A stretch of 64,000 nt of DNA from a virus, in IMG/VR virus record IMGVR_UViG_3300045988_113306; one strand, 5' to 3'. The notes beneath the pieces were generated by a model. The model saw nothing but the letters and a program-made list of their open reading frames with translations, was not told the origin of the DNA and did no database searches. Of this stretch, positions 56,367-64,000 are shown one piece after another (position 1 is the first letter of the stretch; each line of letters begins with the position of its first letter). Both the position numbers and the translations under genes were made by a program.

Positions 56367-59300
56367 TCATCCAACTTTCACTATGTATGACCCAGCACCG
56401 CCGTTGCGGTTGACAATCACCCGGCCCAATTTTTCGTCAATGCTTGCCACGAGATTCCTTATGGCCTTTACCTCGGTGAGCATCGGATTGTCCTCACTTG
56501 TCCCGTATTGCGACTTTATGGCTTCAAGCATATTCGTGAGTATGTTGTTCTGCTCAAACACCGCGAAACGCATTGAATTGAGGTACGCTTCAATGGCTGC
56601 CGCCTGTGGCTCGGTAATGTTTTGTATGCCTTTTTGCAGGTCGGACAGCAACAACTCGCCTGTGCCGCCCTTGATTCCAAGAGCGTCAAAGAACGCCTTT
56701 AAGTCCTCATTCCAATCGCCAAGCTCGGATTTTAGGTTCTCGCCTATATTGGCGAACACCTGAGCCAATGGAAGCCCGGTCACACCGCTGTCAATGGCTG
56801 CGTTTATTTGGTCGATATATTTTGACATACGCTTTGAAACAACCGCTGAAGCTGCTTGCTTCATGACCAAATTCTTGAAGAAGTCATCCCAATGCTCTTG
56901 TAGCCCTGTCAATCCGTCGCCGGTTTCCTCGTATGCGTCCAACCATGCTGAAACAAAGTTCCCGGCTTCGTCCAAGTAGTCGGACTGTCCGATGGAACCC
57001 ATCTCTCGGTATCTGTCCTCCCTTATTTGCTTTTCGGTTTCATTGAGTTGTTCAAGCGCATCCTCGTATTCCTTGATTCTGTCCTTGTCGGCTTTTTTCT
57101 TGGACTTCTCCAATGCCAACTGTTCCTGAATGGCCTTGCGTTGCTCTTCCAAGTTGCGCATGGATTGGTCATAGGCCATGTTGTAATCGTCGTAAGTATA
57201 GGCTTCCTCGATTGCCTTTCCCAGCTTCTCATACGCTTTCTGTAGGTTTTCCACCTTATCCTGCAAACGCTGTATCTGACGTTCCTTCTTTTTGTCGCCG
57301 ATTTGGAATATGGAGCCTATCGTTCCTGCTAATCCTTTTACAGCCTGCATGTAGCCACCAATATCGGCTGGATTTACTATCGCTCTGCCGATACCCGAAG
57401 CCATGTCGCCCATTCCGTTAAGTATCTCTTGCACTGATGCAATCGTATCTGCCGTACCCGCTGACATATTGCCAAATACATTCTCCATTGAAGCCGCCAC
57501 ATCGCCTATCGTGGACGAAAGCTCTTTGGCATAGTTTACTATCGTCTGCAATGCCGTGCCGGTACCCTTAAATTGCGCTTTAAGCGTTTCTAAATGGGCA
57601 TTGCTCGTTGCAACTGAGGTTTCAAGCTCTGCAACTTGTTGGCCTTGCGCCTTGAGTATGCCTTTATGCAATGACAGCTCCATTTTTAAATTGTCTATCA
57701 GTTTGTCATGCTCGGCTTTCCCTTCCTTTGTCACATCTGTTCGTGCCTCTTCTATGCTAAGTTGGTCGGATAGCAGCGCAACTTGTTTTTGAGTATCTGC
57801 TTGCATACCCTTGGCGGCCCCAAGTTTGGCGGAGTTCTCAAGATAGTCCTTTTCTATACGTGAATACTCACGCATATTCTTTATTACATCGCCAATATTG
57901 TCCTTCAATGCTTTGAATGGATTGCGTTCAGCTTGCTCAGTTTCAAGTTTCTCCAATTGCTTGACAATTGCACGCACTTGGTCGGCCGGGAATTCTTTTA
58001 GCGATTCCTTTAGGCTTCGTAGCTTATTTAGCACATAGTTTATAGATTGAGTGGAAGCCCTTTCTACATCCTCAAACAAGGATATGTAAATGTCCGAGCC
58101 TTGAAAGTCTTTCCATGCTTGTTGACTCAGCTTTTTTCTCTCTTCATCCTTTGCACGAGTTATGGCCATTACCTTTGTTTCGTCGTCAAGAGTTCCATCT
58201 TGGCGTATCTTACTTATCTCCTGAGCCGTTTCCATTTCTATGCGCACTCTCTCCGACATGGCCTGAAGCATGTATTTGTTGTGGTTTTTCAACCTCTCTA
58301 CCGCTTCCTTGTTCTCCATGTCGGCTATCTTGCGCAAAGCGTCCTCATAGGTCTTGACCCTCTCTTCCTGACCGTTTGTGGCTTTTGTCACAGTCAGCTT
58401 GTCCTCCAAGTCTTTGCGTATCTCGCCCAATGTCATGGGCTTGCCGCCGACCAAGTAAGTCAAGTCGACATTCAATCCGAGATTGCCAAGCGTCTTTGTC
58501 AACTCGTAGTTGTCGAACGCTTTTTGTATGTCGTCTTTCGCCTGCTGTATCTGCTGCTCCTTGACCTTGATTTCAAGTTCGGCCTCCAATACGCCGACAG
58601 CTTCAAGTATCTTTTTCTTGGCTTTGCCCCCGGCTTTCTCCGCAAGAGCTTCAAGACGCTTAATGGTCGCCTCGGCGTCAAATGTCCCCCATGTGGATAT
58701 GTCGGCCCATTCCGTTTTCTTGAAAGCCTCAGCTACCGATGGTGCAAAAGATTCCAATACCTTTTTCTTGGCTTCCTCGGCACTGTAGTATTTCAGCAGC
58801 TTCTCATACTCCTTGTTTACTTTCTGCATGAGGTTCAGGCGGGGAGTCCAAATGTCCTGCTGACCGCTCTTTTTTTCCTTGTCCTCGTAGAAACCAAGAG
58901 CCCTTGAAAGTTTATCCCACCATTCAGCTTCCTTTTTAAGCTGTTCTTCAGTTGACCCGTTACCGAATTTACCTTCGGCTTCTGCCTGAGCTTCAGCGGC
59001 AGTTCTACCAAGAAGCATCAACTGTGTTCGAGATTCTTGTATTTTTCTAATATTGTCAGTGGCGGCTTCTGAAAGTTTATGAGCATCAGTGGCGGCGGAT
59101 GTATAGTTTGTATTTGCTGATATTTTTAATTTATCCAACATGGTTAATTGCATTCCATTGACTTTTGCGGAAGTTTTGGCGATGTCTATTATATCCATTT
59201 GCAAATCTCCCAACCCAATATTATGTAATTCTCGTGCGGTACGTCGTGCCCATGCTTGAATATTATTTCCATCGGTGGTTTCTTTTATGTTTTGTATAAA

Positions 59301-62300
59301 CCCGCCCAAAACACGTTGTTGGACATCATTAAACAATAATAGTGCATCAGTGTTGTTTTGAGTAGCATCCCTAATGCTGTCCCAACTGATTCTTGTTTCG
59401 TTTAACGACCCTAAATAATTATTTAGCGCTATCCTCGCAGCACCTAACTCTCGTATAGATTCTGCCCCTAAATCTGTTAGATGCCCACTTTCATCTTTCA
59501 AATTCCCGCTTTGAACAAGAGAAGCGTAGGTATTTAGGGTATCGTAAAAATCTTTTACCGCTTTTTTACGTACCTCATATTTTGCTATAATGGCTTTGGT
59601 TTGGAGCGAAAATCCCTCAGCAAATTGAGCGTCAAATTCTTGTTGTGATTCAACGCCCTTTTCATGAATATCTCTTATGTCATCATAAAAATCCGCATAA
59701 GTGCCTGTATATTCGCCAAAAAGGGCTCTAAAACCTCTTGTGTTAAAATTATCTTCCAAATCAAATCCGCTCGTTTGTTTAAATAATTCCTTAAAACGAA
59801 TCCAAGCATCATTCACATCTGTAGTGCCCTTATCAATTTCATCCTTCAATTCAAGCATGGACTTGCCAATAAGCCCCTTTAAAGTTCCAGTGGGTAAATC
59901 CTCCAATGATGGTTGTCCGCTTTTCAGATAAGCAGCCATATCTTTAGCGTGGCCTATCAAAGTATTCCATGCCTGCTCTTGGTCATTTTTTATCGCGTCT
60001 TCAGCCTTATTTTTTGCAGCTTCAGTATAATATTCCTTTATTGCGTTGGTAGCCTCATTGTAATTGTCAGATATTTTCTTTATGTTTTCTATTTCAAGCA
60101 TTTCTGACGGTAATATATCCTTATATATTCGATTCAAGGATTCCATCGCTTCATTTCGTTCTTTGTATGACTTGTTCCCATCTTTAATGGTATCTGCTAA
60201 TTCCTTAAAACGATAAATTGAGTCATACATATCAGTCATTGATTCTCCTGCAATGCGGTCAAGCTCTTCACTCAAAGCCGATGTGCTCGAAGTCAAATCC
60301 ACTATTGCTGAAATCGCTAATCCTAAACCCGCAATAATAGTTCCCCATCCTGTGAAATTCAATGACATAAGAGCTGCTTTAAGACCACCAGCTGCAATGA
60401 TGGTTTGCTTTATCGTAGTGAGATACGCTTTCATTCCAGCTATCAATGTTGAAGTCCATTTGCTTATGACTAATGATTTTGTTATGAGATAAAAACCGCC
60501 TAACACGCCACCCGCTGTCTTAATGCTCGTTGCAAGTATTCTCCAATTATTTATAAGCGCACGAATGGTAGTAAGTATAGCGGAAATCTCATCTTGATGA
60601 CTCTTGCCGATTTCATTGAACATGATGCTCATTGCATCCTGAATACGCTGCAACTGACCCCACAACGTTTCAGATTGCTTCTTCTGCATGTCGTAGAACA
60701 AACCGCCAGCGGATGTCACGCGCTTGAATACTTCCTCGACATCCTCAAAACGCACCATGCGCTTGGTAATCATGTCCATCACGTCGCCGACGGAAATCAT
60801 CTTGCCCTGAAGCTCCGAGAAGTAGTTCGCAAGCTCACCGGCGATGTTCAAACCCGCCTCGGTGAACTGACGGACTTCAGTATTGTGCGTTACGATATTA
60901 TCCTCAATTATGAAGCGATGGTTGCCGTCAATGGAGAATCCGTAATACGTGTCCTCTTTGTCAGCTTCCACAGTTATAAAGAATGGCTCATATTTGCCAG
61001 CTATACGGCGGACTCCTTGATAACGGTATATTAAGGGACTGTTGTAGACTTCGGTGACAAATACATCTGTCACGCAATCACACAATGCGTCATAAACCGT
61101 GAGTATGTGGTGTTCGTTGCATCGAAACTCACCGCCTTTGTATTTTACACGGTACATCATCTGCTCACCCTGATAGAGCTTGCTGACATGACGAGGCTGT
61201 TCGTCGTCACCCATAAGCACGTCGCCAACTACAACATCTTCCACATTCTTGAAAGTGCCGTCGAACAACTTAACGCGAGTACCCTTACCCAAACAAGCAC
61301 GGAGGTAGTTCGCTGCCTTGACCTGCCCGTAGGCGAGAATCAATCTCCCCATATCTACGCCAAGTCCAGCGGAAACATCCGCGAGCATCTTGGTCGTCCC
61401 CACGAGTTTCTCCGACTCGATACGGTACGCCGCCAACTGCTTAGTGTAGTTGGTTATCTGCATAATCGTGAACGGCGACTGCATGGCCAACTGTTGCACT
61501 TGCATGAATATTCTGTCCGCTTCGTCCTTGTTCTGCAAAATCGCCCTCAATGCGGTGCTCTGCAACTCGAACTGCGCCCTGACCTGTATCATTTTGTTTA
61601 TGTAGCCGGTTATCGCCGACACGGAGAAAGTCGCCGCCAATGTCCTCGCCAACTGACCCGATATGTCGCCCACACCCTTTGCTTGTCCCTTGAACTCGCC
61701 CATCTTCTTTTTGATTTCGTCGATGCGGGTGCGGGTCTTTTCAAGCGTGGCGTTCATCTGATTCCATTCCTTTGTGTCGGGCTTAGTGGTGGCCATGACC
61801 GCTTTTAGATTCTTGTAGGCTGCTTGTAGCTCGTTCAACGACTTGGCGTTCTTGGCATAGTTTATCGCACCCGCAGGGTCGGCTATCTTTTTTGCCATTT
61901 CGTTGCGTAATTTTCCTTGTGCTTTTGCAAGCTCTGATGCGTTGGTCTGCTGCTTGCGGTTCAGCTTGTCTATCTCTTGATAGATGTCCACATACCTGTT
62001 TTTCAGCTTTGTGAGCAAGTCAAGCTCATCGGCTGATTTCTGAGGCTTGTTTTGTAGCGCTGTGATTTCGCGCATAATCTGTGCTTGCTCCTTGTACAGC
62101 TTATTGTATTGGGTCGCAGTAGCTATTTTGGACGATTCAGCCTGTTGCGCCTGTTGGACGGTGCGTATGTCACGAGCCAATTGCGCCATCATCTGCGATA
62201 GGTTCTTTACATTGTCAATGGTCTGCTGAGAAGTGCTACCTATTTTCTCTATGCCGTTGGCTATGTTCGTGAACAATGAGGGGTCGGGATTGGCGGTCTG

Positions 62301-62648
62301 TAATTTCGCCATTGCATCGGCTATCCTGCCGAGTCTGTTAGACCCGGTCGTGGCCGACCTATCAATAACCCCCATTGATTTCGACAACTCCTGTATGGCT
62401 GCTGACAACCCAGTGGCGTCAATCGTCGGCATCTTTATGTCGCCCAGCTTGCTCTGCGCATCCTGAACTTTCTTTATGAAGGCGTTCACTCCGCTTACCA
62501 TCGTGTTATCAAAGTGTCCTTTCACCTTGGTCGCCGCGTGGCGCGAGGTCGCTTCAAGTGCCTTTATTGCCTTGTCGGCGTTCTCTATGTTATCAAGGAC
62601 TTCCTTCGGAATGTCCAATACTATGCCGGTTACGTTGTCGTTTCCCAT
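56367..62648 (-). CDS. tail tape measure protein (2093 aa) containing a mini-intein
   Basis: Long helical protein; conserved TMP core motif GQVKAANYLRA/TEVRQFTEAG is interrupted by a Hint domain; hydrophobic segment around aa 700-800. Confidence 0.75.
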   Translation of the reverse strand: MGNDNVTGIVLDIPKEVLDNIENADKAIKALEATSRHAATKVKGHFDNTMVSGVNAFIKKVQDAQSKLGDIKMPTIDATGLSAAIQELSKSMGVIDRSATTGSNRLGRIADAMAKLQTANPDPSLFTNIANGIEKIGSTSQQTIDNVKNLSQMMAQLARDIRTVQQAQQAESSKIATATQYNKLYKEQAQIMREITALQNKPQKSADELDLLTKLKNRYVDIYQEIDKLNRKQQTNASELAKAQGKLRNEMAKKIADPAGAINYAKNAKSLNELQAAYKNLKAVMATTKPDTKEWNQMNATLEKTRTRIDEIKKKMGEFKGQAKGVGDISGQLARTLAATFSVSAITGYINKMIQVRAQFELQSTALRAILQNKDEADRIFMQVQQLAMQSPFTIMQITNYTKQLAAYRIESEKLVGTTKMLADVSAGLGVDMGRLILAYGQVKAANYLRACLGKGTRVKLFDGTFKNVEDVVVGDVLMGDDEQPRHVSKLYQGEQMMYRVKYKGGEFRCNEHHILTVYDALCDCVTDVFVTEVYNSPLIYRYQGVRRIAGKYEPFFITVEADKEDTYYGFSIDGNHRFIIEDNIVTHNTEVRQFTEAGLNIAGELANYFSELQGKMISVGDVMDMITKRMVRFEDVEEVFKRVTSAGGLFYDMQKKQSETLWGQLQRIQDAMSIMFNEIGKSHQDEISAILTTIRALINNWRILATSIKTAGGVLGGFYLITKSLVISKWTSTLIAGMKAYLTTIKQTIIAAGGLKAALMSLNFTGWGTIIAGLGLAISAIVDLTSSTSALSEELDRIAGESMTDMYDSIYRFKELADTIKDGNKSYKERNEAMESLNRIYKDILPSEMLEIENIKKISDNYNEATNAIKEYYTEAAKNKAEDAIKNDQEQAWNTLIGHAKDMAAYLKSGQPSLEDLPTGTLKGLIGKSMLELKDEIDKGTTDVNDAWIRFKELFKQTSGFDLEDNFNTRGFRALFGEYTGTYADFYDDIRDIHEKGVESQQEFDAQFAEGFSLQTKAIIAKYEVRKKAVKDFYDTLNTYASLVQSGNLKDESGHLTDLGAESIRELGAARIALNNYLGSLNETRISWDSIRDATQNNTDALLLFNDVQQRVLGGFIQNIKETTDGNNIQAWARRTARELHNIGLGDLQMDIIDIAKTSAKVNGMQLTMLDKLKISANTNYTSAATDAHKLSEAATDNIRKIQESRTQLMLLGRTAAEAQAEAEGKFGNGSTEEQLKKEAEWWDKLSRALGFYEDKEKKSGQQDIWTPRLNLMQKVNKEYEKLLKYYSAEEAKKKVLESFAPSVAEAFKKTEWADISTWGTFDAEATIKRLEALAEKAGGKAKKKILEAVGVLEAELEIKVKEQQIQQAKDDIQKAFDNYELTKTLGNLGLNVDLTYLVGGKPMTLGEIRKDLEDKLTVTKATNGQEERVKTYEDALRKIADMENKEAVERLKNHNKYMLQAMSERVRIEMETAQEISKIRQDGTLDDETKVMAITRAKDEERKKLSQQAWKDFQGSDIYISLFEDVERASTQSINYVLNKLRSLKESLKEFPADQVRAIVKQLEKLETEQAERNPFKALKDNIGDVIKNMREYSRIEKDYLENSAKLGAAKGMQADTQKQVALLSDQLSIEEARTDVTKEGKAEHDKLIDNLKMELSLHKGILKAQGQQVAELETSVATSNAHLETLKAQFKGTGTALQTIVNYAKELSSTIGDVAASMENVFGNMSAGTADTIASVQEILNGMGDMASGIGRAIVNPADIGGYMQAVKGLAGTIGSIFQIGDKKKERQIQRLQDKVENLQKAYEKLGKAIEEAYTYDDYNMAYDQSMRNLEEQRKAIQEQLALEKSKKKADKDRIKEYEDALEQLNETEKQIREDRYREMGSIGQSDYLDEAGNFVSAWLDAYEETGDGLTGLQEHWDDFFKNLVMKQAASAVVSKRMSKYIDQINAAIDSGVTGLPLAQVFANIGENLKSELGDWNEDLKAFFDALGIKGGTGELLLSDLQKGIQNITEPQAAAIEAYLNSMRFAVFEQNNILTNMLEAIKSQYGTSEDNPMLTEVKAIRNLVASIDEKLGRVIVNRNGGAGSYIVKVG
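60882..61295 (-). other. mini-intein (138 aa, no homing-endonuclease domain) inside the tape measure gene
   Basis: Starts CLGKGTRVKLFDG (block A), ends YYGFSIDGNHRFIIEDNIVTHN with +1 Thr (blocks F/G); codons checked: TGT at 61295-61293, AAT at 60884-60882. Confidence 0.75.
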
Positions 62649-62661
62649 CGCTATGTGATTT

Positions 62662-63249
62662 TTACTTTAATTCGATATATTCGTTGTATGTTATCTTTGT
62701 GTGGGGATTGGATGAAACCACGGTCTGCTTTATGGCCTTGCAGCCCCACTTTATGAACCAAAACTTGTGCGGCACCTTATGCACGACCGTGGTCAATGTG
62801 TCACGTGAAATAATGTCCAAGTCCACGCTGTCGCGTTCCAAGACGCCTGTTATGTCCGTCCATGAATCCTGCCACGTGAACGCCTTGACGGGAACAATCA
62901 CGCTGTCACGGTAGACGACGGAATCACGCACTTGCGTCACCACCTTTACCTCGGTCTTAGTCCCGGTGGTCGAGGCCGACTGCATACGCCTCAGCTTTAT
63001 GTTCAACTCATCGGCGGTCTTCACCAATTGAGAGTTGGCGTTACGAAGCTCATTTACCGTGAGGCTTAATTTAAGCGCGTCTGCGGCGCTCTTCCCATGT
63101 TCGGTGGCCCAATACTCCACTTGCGACAATAAAGACGCCTGATTGGTCTTAAAACGCTCTTTCTCGCTGCGCTCCGATTGGACGGAATAGGCCAATGCGC
63201 AACACATGAGTATTAATACGGCGTTGGCGGTTAGAAGCGCTTTTTTCAT
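62662..63249 (-). CDS. membrane-anchored protein downstream of the endolysin (spanin-like position), 195 aa
   Basis: ATG at 63249 (MKKALLTANAVLILMCCALAYS) overlaps the endolysin stop; signal-anchor then coiled coil. Confidence 0.35.
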   Translation of the reverse strand: MKKALLTANAVLILMCCALAYSVQSERSEKERFKTNQASLLSQVEYWATEHGKSAADALKLSLTVNELRNANSQLVKTADELNIKLRRMQSASTTGTKTEVKVVTQVRDSVVYRDSVIVPVKAFTWQDSWTDITGVLERDSVDLDIISRDTLTTVVHKVPHKFWFIKWGCKAIKQTVVSSNPHTKITYNEYIELK

Positions 63250-63656
63250 AACTTTATTATTTGGCGTTTGAGATTGGACGGGTCGTAGCTGATATGTACC
63301 CACAATGGCCCAATTGCGTTTGTTTTTTCAGAAATTATTTGTGTGAATGGGAGATTGAGCTTGAGCACGAGGTCGAACAACTTCTTGTTGTCCGCACGCG
63401 AACCGACAGTCAGGTCGGCCGCCATGCCTTTAACGTGATGACTTGTGGGGCTTCCGCCCACAGCCCGATTCAGGGCGGGACAGCGATAACCGCTGTTGAC
63501 GGTGATAGGGCCGCCCCAAGCCTCCCTGAGAGGGTCAAGAACATTGTCGACCAAATCAACCAAGTGACATTCAATCTCGGCGGTGGGGACGTTCACTATC
63601 CTCTTCCGTGTCGCGGTGTCGCTCTTGCAAAGTTCTTTTATCGTAAAGTATTTCAT
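63246..63656 (-). CDS. peptidase M15 family endolysin
   Basis: SGYRCPALNRAVGGSPTSHHVKGMAADL; ATG at 63656 (MKYFTIKEL) preferred to track start 63848. Confidence 0.75.
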   Translation of the reverse strand: MKYFTIKELCKSDTATRKRIVNVPTAEIECHLVDLVDNVLDPLREAWGGPITVNSGYRCPALNRAVGGSPTSHHVKGMAADLTVGSRADNKKLFDLVLKLNLPFTQIISEKTNAIGPLWVHISYDPSNLKRQIIKL

Positions 63657-64000
63657 TCTTCGTTTTCTTTTTCGTCGTCGTTGAATATCGGCAGTCCGAG
63701 GTCGCTCATGAACTTCTCCGGGTCGTCGTAGCCCTTGCCTTCCTTTGGATGCTTGGCCCAATAAGCCTTTGCCTGCTTCTCCGAAAGATACTTGGTGTAC
63801 GTGCCGTCGCTTGCCATAATCCTTATCATCGGTACGCTGTACCTCCAAAAGTAGTCCTCAAAGGAAAAGGACGGGTACTGCTTTATGAAGTCCATCGCCT
63901 GACCGACAATGCTTTTTGCCCCGATGATTATTGTTCTTGAATCCTCCTCAGAGTCATCGTCCTCAATTCCGTCATCTGAGCCGTTATAGTAAAAAAAAAC
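63653..64000 (-). CDS. hypothetical protein, probably 5'-truncated by the window edge
   Basis: Track ORF 63653..63895; the frame stays open upstream to position 64000 (..YYNGSDDGIEDDDSEEDSRTIIIGAKSIVGQAMDF..). Confidence 0.4.
   Translation of the reverse strand, partial: VFFYYNGSDDGIEDDDSEEDSRTIIIGAKSIVGQAMDFIKQYPSFSFEDYFWRYSVPMIRIMASDGTYTKYLSEKQAKAYWAKHPKEGKGYDDPEKFMSDLGLPIFNDDEKENEE

Noticed and set aside
56794-62914. Many plus-strand track ORFs inside the tape measure gene (for example 58047..58907 and 61107..61808)
   Set aside because: They are antisense to a continuous 2093-aa ORF with clear tape-measure features, and they have low-complexity Leu/Ser/Phe-rich composition.

Overview
This window looks like most of a tailed dsDNA phage genome, siphovirus-like because it has a tape-measure gene. 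The likely host is in the Bacteroidota. Support for that host: many TTTG-N19-21-TAnnTTTG promoter matches, almost no Shine-Dalgarno sites, and a Bacteroides-type histone H1-like gene. All functions below come from motifs I read in the translations; no database search was run.

Layout:
- 1-2.3 kb (-): terL plus one ORF.
- 2.5-6.8 kb (+): scaffold-like and capsid-like genes and small membrane proteins.
- 6.9-33.1 kb (-): a tightly packed replication and DNA-modification module. It holds a Dam-like MTase, an AEP primase/SF4 helicase, an HNH endonuclease, an N6/N4 MTase, a PAPS-reductase-like gene, a split dnaN, a C5 MTase, tRNA-Met, a tnpB element, a Rad50/SbcC-like ATPase, an Hc1-like gene, dut and a KilA-N antirepressor.
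- 33.2-34.9 kb: an ORF-free divergent control region.
- 34.9-56.3 kb (+): about 20 tiny unannotatable genes, then a serine recombinase, a RecT-like gene, a second PAPS-reductase-like gene, two DnaA-domain-IV-like proteins, an MBL-fold protein, a second KilA-N antirepressor, and tRNA-Gln and tRNA-Cys.
- 56.4-64 kb (-): a 2093-aa tape-measure protein carrying a mini-intein, preceded by an M15 endolysin and a membrane-anchored protein.

Main leads:
1. An array of about 20 stem-loop plus ACCAAT-box cassettes, one in front of nearly every small gene between 34.8 and 41 kb.
2. Five G/C homopolymer tracts of 8-11 nt. Four of them sit in three ORFs, each left 1 nt out of frame.
3. At least nine interrupted genes in total. 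This may be an assembly-quality problem, and I flag it as such.
4. Terminator-containing leaders in front of both KilA-N paralogs and the primase gene.
5. A tnpB element next to a tRNA.
6. An intein in the most conserved tape-measure motif.
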